Under the pieces are notes generated by a model. It saw only the letters and a list, made by a program, of their open reading frames with translations. It had not been told where the DNA came from and made no database searches. Position numbers and translations under genes: made by a program. Shown in pieces: positions 54,633-64,000 of a stretch of 64,000 bases of DNA. The stretch's first letter is position 1; the number at the start of each line of letters is the position of its first letter. Source of the stretch: Minisyncoccota bacterium (GTDB lineage Bacteria > Patescibacteriota > Minisyncoccia > Phycocordibacterales > CAJBRS01); NCBI GenBank assembly GCA_035652395.1, contig DASRDX010000013.1, positions 3,255 to 67,254 on the forward strand, given 5' to 3'.

Positions 54633-55127
54633 ATGAAAAACACATTAAAAGTGGGTGACGAAGTTTACGTGACACGAAAGGCCAAAAGCTATGAAAATGG
54701 TTGGAACAATGTTTGGGTTCCGAGCGCGATGAATTGTTACGTAGGTAAGATTGGGCGCGTTAAAGCAATTTATGAAGATATAGGAATCGAGCTAGATTTC
54801 GGAGATGGCATGCCTGAATATTTGTTCCCCTCTTTTGTTTTAAAGAAAATTTCTCCAATTCAGGAAGCCAGAGACATTGCTAAAAAAATATCTAAACGAA
54901 ACGGCTTTGTTACAATTGATGAAGTCCAATCGGCCATGAAAGAGACTAAATTCGGGCCTATAACGAAGGGAGCGGCTGGAGCGGTTTTTAATACGCCCGA
55001 ATTTATAAATACGGGAGTGACGGTCAAGAGCGTCAGACCCGAAAATCGGGGCAGGAGAATTTCTATTTGGAAGCTTAAAACAAGGGATAGGCATGGAAAA
55101 AAGACAGCTTTACGTAGTGGTGGCTAA
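54633..55127 (+). CDS. Hypothetical protein
   Basis: Two-part ORF, AAGGA RBS. Confidence 0.55.
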   Translation: MKNTLKVGDEVYVTRKAKSYENGWNNVWVPSAMNCYVGKIGRVKAIYEDIGIELDFGDGMPEYLFPSFVLKKISPIQEARDIAKKISKRNGFVTIDEVQSAMKETKFGPITKGAAGAVFNTPEFINTGVTVKSVRPENRGRRISIWKLKTRDRHGKKTALRSGG

Positions 55128-55452
55128 TTCAATAGAAACGGATTTCGGGAAGATAAAGCAACCCAAAGGACGGCAAACGGCTCAGGCCGCGCATGCCGCT
55201 GCGGCTTTTTGTTTTGAATATGGTAAATTATTAAATGCTTATACTACAACAATAATAATTTTACAAGCAAGAGATTCGGCAGAATTGCAGCATATTATGC
55301 GTTTAGCCAAAACAAAAAAGCTGCGTCACGTCGCATTTTATGACGAAAATTTATCCGCCTACGGCGACGGACAGTTTTTAACTGCCGTGGCCATATGCGG
55401 ATTGCCAAAACAGGTTCAGGGTGTCATCGATTATTTGCCGCTTTGGAGTTAA
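55093..55452 (+). CDS. Peptidyl-tRNA hydrolase type 2 (PTH2)-like protein
   Basis: GRQTAQAAHA, IIILQA, FYD, TAVAI, LPL. Confidence 0.75.
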   Translation: MEKRQLYVVVANSIETDFGKIKQPKGRQTAQAAHAAAAFCFEYGKLLNAYTTTIIILQARDSAELQHIMRLAKTKKLRHVAFYDENLSAYGDGQFLTAVAICGLPKQVQGVIDYLPLWS

Positions 55453-55454
55453 AG

Positions 55455-56423
55455 GTGAGATTAATACAAGACACAAAATTGGATTTTCAAGATGTGCTTC
55501 TAGTTCCGAAACGCTCTACAATTCAGAGTCGGAAAGAAATAAATCTGTTGCGAACCTTTAAATTTCGCTACGTTGATTGGACGTGGACAGGAGTGCCAAT
55601 CATTTCGTCCAATATGACTTCGGTCACGACTATTGAAGTTGCGCGGGTTATGTCGGAGCGCGGCATGTTAGCCTGTATGCCGAAGAATTTTAACGGCTCA
55701 TCTTCGATTAATTCGGATTTTCTAATCAAAAGTATAGGTCTCAATTCCTTTGTTTCTAATATTAATTACGATTGTTGTTTTTTATGTTTGGATGTACCGA
55801 ACGGCTACATAGAATCGGTTGTGGATAAAGTTCGTGAAATCAGGTCTGAATTTAGAGATGTTGTAATCATGGCTGGAAATGTCGTCACTCCAGAAATGAC
55901 CGAAGCCTTAATTCTAGCGGGAGCCGACATCGTGAAAGTAGGAATAGGAAGCGGAGCAGCTTGTTCGACCCGTATTAAAACTGGCGTCGGGTACCCACAA
56001 TTAAGCGCAGTAATTGAATGTGCCGATGCGGCCCACGGTCTCGGCGGCCACATCATCTCGGACGGCGGATGTGGTACACCAGGAGATGTCGTGAAAGCTT
56101 TTGCCGCTGGAGCGGATTTTGTTATGCTTGGCGCAATGCTGGCCAGTCACGATGAAAACGGCACCGAATTTTACGGTATGGCATCAGAAAAAGGCGCTAC
56201 CGAGATAGCTGGTGGCCTTAAAAACTACAGGGCTTCGGAAGGATGGGAATTTAATTTACCTCGGCGCGGTCCGCTAGAAAACACTCTTCAAGAAATTACA
56301 GGCGGCATTCGGTCGGCCTGTGCCTATGTCGGGGCTAAAAACATAAAAGACTTGCCTAAATGCGCGACATTTGTTAGGGTAAATAGGATAGCCAACAGCA
56401 GTTTGTGGGAACACCGAATTTAA
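55455..56423 (+). CDS. guaC: GMP reductase
   Basis: LDFQDVLLVPKRS, DVPNGY, KVGIGSGAACSTR, ECADAAHG, FYGMAS, YRASEG. Confidence 0.92.
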   Translation: MRLIQDTKLDFQDVLLVPKRSTIQSRKEINLLRTFKFRYVDWTWTGVPIISSNMTSVTTIEVARVMSERGMLACMPKNFNGSSSINSDFLIKSIGLNSFVSNINYDCCFLCLDVPNGYIESVVDKVREIRSEFRDVVIMAGNVVTPEMTEALILAGADIVKVGIGSGAACSTRIKTGVGYPQLSAVIECADAAHGLGGHIISDGGCGTPGDVVKAFAAGADFVMLGAMLASHDENGTEFYGMASEKGATEIAGGLKNYRASEGWEFNLPRRGPLENTLQEITGGIRSACAYVGAKNIKDLPKCATFVRVNRIANSSLWEHRI

Positions 56424-56426
56424 GAG

Positions 56427-56520
56427 TTGACAAACAATTGCCGCTCAAGTACACTTTCAGAATTGCCAGTTTGCTTAGGAACGCGCTAGGGTTGGCGGAC
56501 AATTGCCGCTCAAGTACACT
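56427..56520 (+). repeat. Sigma70 promoter with a duplicated 22-bp core
   Basis: TTGACA-17 nt-TACACT; ACAATTGCCGCTCAAGTACACT at 56434-56455 and 56499-56520. Confidence 0.8.
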
Positions 56521-56582
56521 GCTCAGCCCGCAACTCCTTTTTGACTAAGGTGTTGGGGGCTGAGCCGCTGACTAATACAAAA

Positions 56583-57206
56583 ATGAAACTATATAAATTA
56601 ACAAACGAAAACGGCTATACTTACAATAAAACCCTGTGGGGCGAAGGCGTATCACATTCAGGAACGGGAAAGGGACCGATTTGTAGCGAGGGATGGATTC
56701 ACGCTTACGAACACCCATTTATTGCCGTATTTCTTAACCCGATACACGCATACTTTAAAAATCCTAGAATGTGGGAAGCGGAAGGCAAAATTGACATACG
56801 CGACGGACAATTAAAAGTAGGATGTAAAACTTTAAAGACCATAAAAGAAATCCCGCTGCCTAAGGTACAAGACAAACATTTTATTATTTTCGGAGCTTTA
56901 GCCCTCGTCCAAGCTAGCAGTACTGTGTTTAATAGTGATGAAATAGTACGGTTTAACAACGGCGAACTTTTAAATCTTCTTTTAAATTATTTCACGACGA
57001 TTTCCTCTAATTCTCGACTACGTATGCCAGCGTCATTATTATATCAAGCGGCATCTGCACTACGCAATTCTTCTTCTACATTCGACAAGTCTTTAATAAT
57101 TAGATATATGTCCGCTAAAGCCGTATATTATTGTAATACGGCCAGACCTCCTTTGGATTTAATTTCGATTGCCGAAAAGAACCGCGAATATCTGACCGAT
57201 GCATAA
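56583..57206 (+). CDS. Hypothetical phage protein
   Basis: YKLT...CSEGWIHAY...WEAE motif, resembling the 23673 gene. Confidence 0.65.
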   Translation: MKLYKLTNENGYTYNKTLWGEGVSHSGTGKGPICSEGWIHAYEHPFIAVFLNPIHAYFKNPRMWEAEGKIDIRDGQLKVGCKTLKTIKEIPLPKVQDKHFIIFGALALVQASSTVFNSDEIVRFNNGELLNLLLNYFTTISSNSRLRMPASLLYQAASALRNSSSTFDKSLIIRYMSAKAVYYCNTARPPLDLISIAEKNREYLTDA

Positions 57207-57334
57207 AATTGTATCGAGCCTGAGAAACAATGTAAAAAAGAACATCGAATCCGTCCTTAAAAATGATAATGTAATATAGCATTACTTTCAAAATGTATAA
57301 AACTCATCGAGTAGTACTAAAACTTTTTTTGGTC

Positions 57335-57381
57335 TTGACAGCCATGATTTTTTACGGTATGCTGCTGTATCGTAAAATCAA
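57335..57381 (+). promoter_or_regulatory. Integrase promoter overlapped by an inverted repeat
   Basis: TTGACA-17 nt-TATGCT; TGATTTTTTACGGTA / TATCGTAAAATCA. Confidence 0.6.
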
Positions 57382-57405
57382 AAACAGACTGAAAGGGTTT
57401 GTCCG

Positions 57406-58383
57406 ATGATAACAAAAGTAAAGAACAAGACAACTCCTTCATTCAGGGAACAGGCCGAAGTGTGGCTACGAAATGGACAAAAGCGTAAAAGAAATCCGCT
57501 TCGTCCCGAAACAGTCAAGACCTATAAATCGCAAATTGAAACCAATTTGAATCCGAATATAGGCGTACTTGCCGTAGATTCCGTTGGAAATAAAGAAGTT
57601 AAAGAACTTGTGGCAATCTTGGCCGCCAAAGGACTATCGGCCAGCACGATTCAGCTTAACGTCAATATTATCAAGCAGATACGAAGTTCTATCGTTAATT
57701 CAGAGGGTGAGCAAGTCTATCCGTATAAATGGAACACGGAATTTATGGACTTGCCCATTGTAGATAAGAATCAACAGAAAAGGCCCGTGGCTAGCGCACA
57801 GACGGTTCAAGACGCATTTAAATGCACTTCCAAGGCCCCAAGCCATACCCAAGCCCTTTTGGTCGTTCTAGCGGGTTCTGGGCTGCGAATTCAAGAGGCT
57901 TTGGCATTGACTATGGCCACGAATGAGGAAAGACTGCCTAATTTTAATTATTGGGTGCCGTCCGAATCAAAAATAGTCGTATTCGGACAACGAGATGGCC
58001 AAAGAATGATGCCGCCGAAAACGAAGGCAGGAATTAGAGAAGTAGACTTGCCTAGCGAGCTTAATGACTATCTAAAGCGGCATTTTAGGATTGAAAACGG
58101 ATTAATGTTTCCTGAATCCGAAAGCTTTTACCGACGTGAATTTGCAAAATGCGGCATTTTAGGCGGATTCCACAGTCTACGGCGATTCAGGGTTACACAT
58201 TTGCGTATGCAGGGGGTTCCCGACAGTCTAGTTCATTTTTGGATTGGACATGAAGATTCTACCGTAACAGGCAGGTACACCGAAGTCGGAACAGAAATCG
58301 AAGCAAGAAGAGAAGCGGCCAATAAAGCAGGTTTAGGTTTTAATTTGGATGAACCGATACGCGGGCGCAATCCCGGACTTTAG
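57406..58383 (+). CDS. Tyrosine recombinase / integrase
   Basis: GLRIQEA (R), PKT (K), HSLRR, IGH, TGRY. Confidence 0.9.
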   Translation: MITKVKNKTTPSFREQAEVWLRNGQKRKRNPLRPETVKTYKSQIETNLNPNIGVLAVDSVGNKEVKELVAILAAKGLSASTIQLNVNIIKQIRSSIVNSEGEQVYPYKWNTEFMDLPIVDKNQQKRPVASAQTVQDAFKCTSKAPSHTQALLVVLAGSGLRIQEALALTMATNEERLPNFNYWVPSESKIVVFGQRDGQRMMPPKTKAGIREVDLPSELNDYLKRHFRIENGLMFPESESFYRREFAKCGILGGFHSLRRFRVTHLRMQGVPDSLVHFWIGHEDSTVTGRYTEVGTEIEARREAANKAGLGFNLDEPIRGRNPGL

Positions 58384-58389
58384 TCTGGG

Positions 58390-58860
58390 TTAGCCGCGTC
58401 CTTGTTGACTGACATACGTTTTGAGAATTTCTAACGTCGCTCCACCTACGGAGCAAAGGAAGAAACCGCTAGACCAAAGAGTACGAGCATGACGACCCCA
58501 ATAGAAGGAACCAAATCGGCTGAGATAGGCGGAAGCACTCTTACTTTTGAGAGTGCCAACAACTGCGCTCAAGTTAGCCGTGGGAGGGTAGCGGAGAAGA
58601 AAGTGGATGTGGTCGGCATCGCCACCAAACTCAACAACCGCACAGCCGATGCTATCAACAACGCCAGTAAGCATCTCACGAATAAACGGAAGGTCGGCAA
58701 GAAGCTTCCTGCGGAACTTCGTGCAAAAGACGACGCGCACACAAAGATGGTAGACACAGTGACTTGCTGTATCAAAATCAAGTGCCCCGATTTTCTTCGT
58801 CCCGTACTTGATTCCTTGGTACCCAAGGCTCGTGCCTGCGTTGATAGAATGCTCGCTCAT
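58390..58860 (-). CDS. tnpA: IS200-type Y1 HUH transposase
   Basis: FCTKFRR, DHIHFLL, LWSSGFFLCSVG, YVSQQ; start uncertain. Confidence 0.9.
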   Translation of the reverse strand: MSEHSINAGTSLGYQGIKYGTKKIGALDFDTASHCVYHLCVRVVFCTKFRRKLLADLPFIREMLTGVVDSIGCAVVEFGGDADHIHFLLRYPPTANLSAVVGTLKSKSASAYLSRFGSFYWGRHARTLWSSGFFLCSVGGATLEILKTYVSQQGRG

Positions 58861-59811
58861 CGCGACCAGTCCTCTAGTAAATATTATCACGAGATACCGA
58901 GCGCAATCAGCAAGAGTCTGATTGCGAAGTACCAAAGAAATAAGAAATGCAAATCGGTAACCAACCTCGTGTTGCCTATCTCCGGAGACAAAGGCAGGCA
59001 GATTAAGTTGGAAGCAGGCGGGTTGAGAATCCCTGCACTATTCAAAAAAGAAATTCTGCCCGTTATATGGTTGCGACTGCCTGTAGGATTCATCCGTAGT
59101 GCAGAATTTTTTATGCGCAAAGGCGGGTGGTACGCAGCAGTTTGCTACAACGCAAAAGCGGATAAGCAGTTCGTGTGCACGGGAACAGTGGGCGTTGACC
59201 GTAACTCGGTTGGTGCTGTCGCAACGTTGGCAGACCCACAAAGCGGGAAAGTTTTGCATCTTGGTTTCAACCCAGCAAAGACAAAAGAAGTCTGGAGGGG
59301 GCGGAAAGCAAATTTGCAGGGTCTTGGGAAGAAGCGTCTTCTTCACGAGATTCGTAATAAGCAATCAAGACGCACGAAGTACGAAAATCATGTCGTGTCC
59401 AAGCAGATTGTGGACTACGCCGCGAAACATCGTCGGTGCATTAACGTAGAGAAATTGGAGAACGTCAGGAAGGGGAAGATTCGCCGTTATAGCGAGTCGT
59501 CTCAGTGGTCTTTCTATCAGTTGCTTCAATTCATTCTCTACAAAGCCGCTTTGCGCGGGGTAATGGTGCTGGAAGTAGATTCTGCGTATACATCGCAGGA
59601 GTGCTCCCGATGCCATCAGTTAACCAAGCCCAACGGTAAGTCATATCGTTGTGGACATTGCGGACACAATGACCACCGAGACGCTAACGCGGCATTTAAC
59701 GTCGCAGGACGCGCGATGCCTATCGGTGGAGTAGTCGGAGACTCAGTGCGCTCCGATTCGGGCCTATTGGTAGTCCCGTTTCTGGGAACCGAGGTGCAGC
59801 AATGCAACTAG
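58747..59811 (+). CDS. tnpB: RNA-guided endonuclease TnpB
   Basis: RuvC GVDRN / VEKL / RDANAAFN; Zn finger CSRC...CGHC; start uncertain. Confidence 0.92.
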   Translation: MVDTVTCCIKIKCPDFLRPVLDSLVPKARACVDRMLAHRDQSSSKYYHEIPSAISKSLIAKYQRNKKCKSVTNLVLPISGDKGRQIKLEAGGLRIPALFKKEILPVIWLRLPVGFIRSAEFFMRKGGWYAAVCYNAKADKQFVCTGTVGVDRNSVGAVATLADPQSGKVLHLGFNPAKTKEVWRGRKANLQGLGKKRLLHEIRNKQSRRTKYENHVVSKQIVDYAAKHRRCINVEKLENVRKGKIRRYSESSQWSFYQLLQFILYKAALRGVMVLEVDSAYTSQECSRCHQLTKPNGKSYRCGHCGHNDHRDANAAFNVAGRAMPIGGVVGDSVRSDSGLLVVPFLGTEVQQCN

Positions 59812-60071
59812 GCAAACAGAATCCCAGGGTTTGCCCTGGGAGTATCAAACTAACTGTGCCTAAAAAACAAAATGGAGACGGTTTTTGTAAAATTTTTTAC
59901 GTGTCGTCCGAATCCGACCCTACGGAAGTTCACATTGTGACTCGCGTAGGCCATCTTTTTGCTAGATATTTCTGCGATTGCAAAGATTTTATGGTTCGTA
60001 AATTAACTGACTCGTCCACTGTGCCCGGAATCGTACTTATGCAAACACGGCAGCTTCGTAAAAAATTTTGA
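59802..60071 (+). CDS. SWIM Zn-finger-like protein with IS-supplied N-terminus (apparent frameshift near the 3' end)
   Basis: YFCDCKDF; CKH appears in the adjacent frame near 60040. Confidence 0.55.
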   Translation: MQLGKQNPRVCPGSIKLTVPKKQNGDGFCKIFYVSSESDPTEVHIVTRVGHLFARYFCDCKDFMVRKLTDSSTVPGIVLMQTRQLRKKF

Positions 60072-60202
60072 GAATCGTAAAAGAAAGAAAAATGAAAAAA
60101 CAAGAAGAATCAAACGCAACGGTTGAAGAGCAGACTACGCTTTTAAACCCAACGCCAAATAAGGCTTGGGACGAAATCGAAACCGAGCCGCTTTTAGAGC
60201 AC

Positions 60203-60994
60203 TCAAGAGAGTAAAATCGGCTCAAAGTCTCCGGTAAACCTGTTATTGGGGTCTATTTCAGATAGCATGGTCCTGAGTTTTGAAATTCTTTGCTCTATGT
60301 TCCCTGTATTAACCCAATCCATGTAATGATTATATGCTCTGAACCCGATATGCGCGCATTGTGGCGTGTCGGGGTAAAGAACGGATAGGCCATAAAATTT
60401 AGCTATGCGTCTAATCAATCCGTCATCTAAATCGGATACTTCAGGCATCGGCCCAAAGGTGCGGTCCATATAGGCTTGCCTGTTTTCAAATAGACTGTCA
60501 TTTATGTGTTCCACTACCAAAGACAAAGAACCGCGCTTAAAACAACTTCCAGGATTAGTGTACTGATTATAGCTTGGCAGATGCCGCATTCTTCGACCGC
60601 ACGTAGCAAAATAATCATTGGCGGCCTGCGCCGTAAAATGCCAATTGAAAAAATTTCGGCCCACCAATACGTCTTCTTCAATAAGAAACACGTATTCGGC
60701 TTTAGTCTCGTATCCAGCTTTTAGGGCTTGAAGTATGTTCCACATTCCCGAAGGAACGGAAACATGCGGACGGGCATGAAAAATTAACGCTCTTGGACAA
60801 TACTCATCTCTGACAAATTCTACTTCCTCAATATTACAGTCAGTATCTGCAAATATTCTTACGTCATCAACTTGATTTTCCGAATTAGAGATTTTCTCCA
60901 AGGCCAAGGCCAACATTTCGGGTCGTTTGTGAGTCGGCATAACGACGCAAGAGACGCTCGAATTCTTCTGTAGCCAACTGCTGTCGCTGTTCAT
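60203..60994 (-). CDS. GT2-like glycosyltransferase
   Basis: VVMPTHKRPEML, FLIEEDV, DDGLI, AHIG. Confidence 0.7.
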   Translation of the reverse strand: MNSDSSWLQKNSSVSCVVMPTHKRPEMLALALEKISNSENQVDDVRIFADTDCNIEEVEFVRDEYCPRALIFHARPHVSVPSGMWNILQALKAGYETKAEYVFLIEEDVLVGRNFFNWHFTAQAANDYFATCGRRMRHLPSYNQYTNPGSCFKRGSLSLVVEHINDSLFENRQAYMDRTFGPMPEVSDLDDGLIRRIAKFYGLSVLYPDTPQCAHIGFRAYNHYMDWVNTGNIEQRISKLRTMLSEIDPNNRFTGDFEPILLS

Positions 60995-61235
60995 TGGTTA
61001 AATCCTCTATGGGAACGGCTATTTTTCCAGGAATAATTTTCGCATCCACATAAGCAAAGTCACTCATCTGAATTCTCCTCCGACATTTTTCTAAATTGTT
61101 CGGGCAATTCGGCCTCTTCTTCGGCACTTAATTCATCTGGCGGATTACCAAAATAAGCTAATTCCAAATAGTTTTTACGAGTAAGAGGAATTTTGTCTTG
61201 CTTCATTTTTTTTTCAAGAACAATGTCTTTTTCCA

Positions 61236-61767
61236 TTATTTTAATCCTTTCGACAGAGTTTCTAGTCCTGTTTTAGTATATTTGGTTTCAGGCTGTTTGT
61301 CAATATTTGCTTTTCGGGCCATATCCATAATTTTTTGTCGGGTGGTTTCCGCAGACTGTTTGCCGTCTTCGTACTTTTCCCATTCCTTTTTAACCGCTTT
61401 TTTAAGTTTTGTTTTGTCTTCCACTCAGTCGGAAATAATTTCCTTATTTTTTCCCATACTACGGATTGCAATTCAGAAGGCCAAGTTCTTTAGCGGCTCG
61501 GCGATATGCTTCAACGTATAACGGATAATTTCCGACAACACCAGTGTAATTAGATTCTCCCGCAGCGCCGAAGTTATCTTTAACTTCCGGGGAATCAGCA
61601 CCTAAAGGCATCAGCGTGGCCGCAGCAACCGCATGAGTATCCACGGTCACGTCATCAGGATTTTAGACGGGTCTATAATATTGTTATAAAAACTTCTTAC
61701 TTTGTGACCATTTCCTATATTGCGGCGGCTTGGTCATATTTGCTCAATTCACTAATTTTCTTTTCTT
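61236..61767 (-). pseudogene. Frameshifted continuation of the giant virion protein (HhH-GPD-like motifs)
   Basis: HKVRSFYNNI...DVTVDTHAVAAA...YRRAAKELG...LQSVVWEK spread over several frames. Confidence 0.5.
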
Positions 61768-64000
61768 CTATTTTTTCGCATATTGGGCACGGCTGTCTTC
61801 TAGTTTTCGACGTACTTTTTCAGAGTCTATTCCATCCGCCGTTTTCAGGGCTAAGGTAGTTCCTGTTTGCGGGTCGTGGAATAAGGTTAATTCAGGAAGT
61901 CCTATCTGAGGGTCGCCGCGCATAACTCCAGCAGGCACGCCTCCGCCTTCCTTAATTGCAGCGTCGTGTTCGGGGTTTCCCGTGGTTCTTTCTTTTGGAA
62001 TTGAAAAAGCAGGAGACTCAGGTCTTACCGATTCAGTTCTTTGTCTATTTGCTGCCTCACTTGCCGCTTCTGTTCGGGCGACATCCGTTTTGCGCTCTCT
62101 ATCGCCTTCTCCATTAGTTCTTCCGTAGTCAGCGTTTTGTTCTGCTGGTCCTGCTGCTTGTTCTGCATTCTGCCTCCTCACAATTTCATTATACATCTGT
62201 TGTATGCGTTGCGGGCTGTAATGATATTGCTCGGATAAGCCCTCTTCTCTTACTCCTGCATTCTCATTAATTATGTCCGATACGTGCTTGTTTGTCAAGA
62301 ACTGTTTATTTTCATCTATGGCTTTATTTATTACATCTAGGGCTGAGGTATTATCGTATCCTACCTCTTTTAGAAATCTTAGAGCCATGCCTCCATCAGA
62401 ATCCTGTCTCGTAAGCATTGAATTAAAATTATGATTTTCATTTCGTGGAATGTTGTTAAAAACTTCATCCGCAGCTATGCCGCCCATAACGGCCCTTATT
62501 ACAGGCATAACCTTGTCAGGTTTTAATATAGGGCCGTGCGGGCCGGGTTCAAAAAGACCTTCGGTTTTCCAATCAACGGCGGCGATAAAATTCTTGCCCA
62601 TTTTTGGATACGTATGCCTTAGCATGCCATTTAAACCCACGCCTTCTTTAGTTCCCACAAGAGCATGACCTAGTTCGTGTTTTATAATTTCTATTGGGAT
62701 TCTTGAGGGAATACGATGCATAGGCAACGAAAGAATTTTTTTCTTAGGTACCGCGTATTTATCTTCAAATGCTGGTGGCTTCGGCTCTCCCACATCAATA
62801 GCTACGGCATCGGGATATTTTTCTCTAGCAATATCAAATACTTCATGGCTAGAATGGGCAGGAATAATTTCAATTATGGGTTTTTCTTCTCCCTGCCTTT
62901 TTATCTGCGCTCGATACTCGTGCTTCAACGGAAGTTCCGCTACTCTAGAAAAGGCGGGTTGTTCGGGCTTGGCAATGCTGGCGCTGGGGCCTCCTGTTGT
63001 TTCAGCAGTCCCTTCTCCTGTCCTAGAGGTTTCGGGAGATTGGTCTGACTCTTCAGTAGGGCGTCCTTGAACACCTGTTTCTGCTTCGGCTCCGCCTGTT
63101 TTAGTTGTTGGCTCAACTTTTTCAGCATGTCGCTCAGGCTGCCCTGCAAGCTGCTTGTTACTTGGTTCATTTTTCTCTCCTAATCCCAAATCTTTGTAAA
63201 TTTGATTCATTCTATCTTTGCTGATATGTAAACTTCTGTCAAGGCCGGGTTCTCTTACTGATGCGTGGCTTTCAACGAATTCTTTCATTCCCGGTCTAGA
63301 CAAGTCAGCACGAACCCTTTCCGCAGCAGCCGCTATAACTCTAGAAGCTTCCGCATCTGACAATCCCGCGTCTTGAAGAAATTTTCTCAAAGCCGCTATA
63401 TCTGCGCCAGCATGTTCGTTCTCTGTAAACGGAACGTCATGCCACAAATCATTGGCTACAGCGCCCGCCACATACACATCTGCGATGTCGTCTATTCTCT
63501 TAGCGGCTTTTTCTAAGTCGAAGCCGCCTTGCCTGTCCCCGAATTCCGCGTCCCAATCAACGGGCGCAAGCATTACATTGTCCCCAATTTCGGGATGCTC
63601 GTGCGACCAAACTTCATCGAGCATAGGAATACCGCGCATTTTCGCAATGATATTATGCACTATATCATGCGCTAACGCAGATTGAGTATCAAGATTGTTA
63701 TGAAATTCAATATCAGGATGCAATAACGGTTCGGCGTTCTTAGGCAGCGTAGCAGTAGGAACGGTCTGTTCAGCGGCATTTTCTTGTGCTTTTTGTGTGG
63801 CCTTTCTAATCAGTTCGTCATCCGCCAAATTTTGATTATTGAAATTTGACAGCAATTTTTTCTCGGCAGAATCTAACTCGACGCCGTGTAATTTTTTGTT
63901 GGCTACATCCTCTAAAAATCTCTGTTCTAAATCTGCGTAACTAGTATCTCCGACATATTCGCCATAATGAGATGCTAAATCCGCGTGTAATTGAGAGGAT
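61768..64000 (-). CDS. Giant multidomain virion / ejected protein (partial) with tandem M41-like peptidase domains
   Basis: Frame open to the window end; HDIVH...AGAVAND and HELGH...GGIAADE repeats separated by low-complexity linkers. Confidence 0.7.
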   Translation of the reverse strand, partial: SSQLHADLASHYGEYVGDTSYADLEQRFLEDVANKKLHGVELDSAEKKLLSNFNNQNLADDELIRKATQKAQENAAEQTVPTATLPKNAEPLLHPDIEFHNNLDTQSALAHDIVHNIIAKMRGIPMLDEVWSHEHPEIGDNVMLAPVDWDAEFGDRQGGFDLEKAAKRIDDIADVYVAGAVANDLWHDVPFTENEHAGADIAALRKFLQDAGLSDAEASRVIAAAAERVRADLSRPGMKEFVESHASVREPGLDRSLHISKDRMNQIYKDLGLGEKNEPSNKQLAGQPERHAEKVEPTTKTGGAEAETGVQGRPTEESDQSPETSRTGEGTAETTGGPSASIAKPEQPAFSRVAELPLKHEYRAQIKRQGEEKPIIEIIPAHSSHEVFDIAREKYPDAVAIDVGEPKPPAFEDKYAVPKKKILSLPMHRIPSRIPIEIIKHELGHALVGTKEGVGLNGMLRHTYPKMGKNFIAAVDWKTEGLFEPGPHGPILKPDKVMPVIRAVMGGIAADEVFNNIPRNENHNFNSMLTRQDSDGGMALRFLKEVGYDNTSALDVINKAIDENKQFLTNKHVSDIINENAGVREEGLSEQYHYSPQRIQQMYNEIVRRQNAEQAAGPAEQNADYGRTNGEGDRERKTDVARTEAASEAANRQRTESVRPESPAFSIPKERTTGNPEHDAAIKEGGGVPAGVMRGDPQIGLPELTLFHDPQTGTTLALKTADGIDSEKVRRKLEDSRAQYAKK

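Larger units (their letters stand above)
58354..59848. mobile_element. IS200/IS605-family element (divergent tnpA/tnpB)
   Basis: Left hairpin CCCGGACT-TT-AGTCTGGG, right hairpin CCCAGGG-TTTG-CCCTGGG ending TCAA; removing it restores ATGAAACTAACT. Confidence 0.85.

Noticed and set aside
56434-56520. CRISPR array
   Set aside because: Only two 22-bp copies, the first being a promoter core; no cas genes
57200-57405. attP next to the integrase
   Set aside because: No tRNA-derived core or arm-type repeats could be identified, so lysogeny is not established
58489-58746. Long N-terminal extension of TnpB
   Set aside because: It is the antisense of tnpA; the TnpB-like sequence starts near 58747

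Overview
A 64-kb segment of a large tailed dsDNA phage genome. The host cannot be determined from the sequence. Layout: (i) 1-11.7 kb, minus strand: virion and tail-fibre-like genes interleaved with 35 CCA-encoding tRNA genes covering all 20 amino acids. Embedded among them are a structurally reduced RNase P RNA gene (4753-5080) and a candidate Y-RNA-like RNA. (ii) 11.7-13.4 kb: a non-coding, palindrome-rich divergence region. (iii) 13.4-58.4 kb, plus strand: small early genes behind a repeated AGTACT-box/sigma70 promoter, two promoter-RNA-hairpin cassettes (one encoding a tRNA mimic), an SNF2 helicase, nucleotide metabolism genes (dNMP kinase, HD hydrolase, ThyX, class II RNR with two inteins, MazG, GMP reductase), Prim-Pol, PolA, UvrD, a glycan-biosynthesis cluster, a GH108 lysin, a two-frame C5 methyltransferase, PTH2, GroES and a tyrosine integrase. 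(iv) An intact IS605-type tnpA/tnpB element. (v) 60.2-64 kb, minus strand: a GT2 and the 3' part of a giant virion protein. The best candidate for a new system is a phage tRNA-supply module: a tightly packed, often non-canonical tRNA set paired with its own RNase P RNA, which appears to lack P18 and the CR-II/CR-III elbow-recognition module. Several genes carry single-base frameshifts that look like assembly errors. All calls come from motif recognition by eye; no searches were run.
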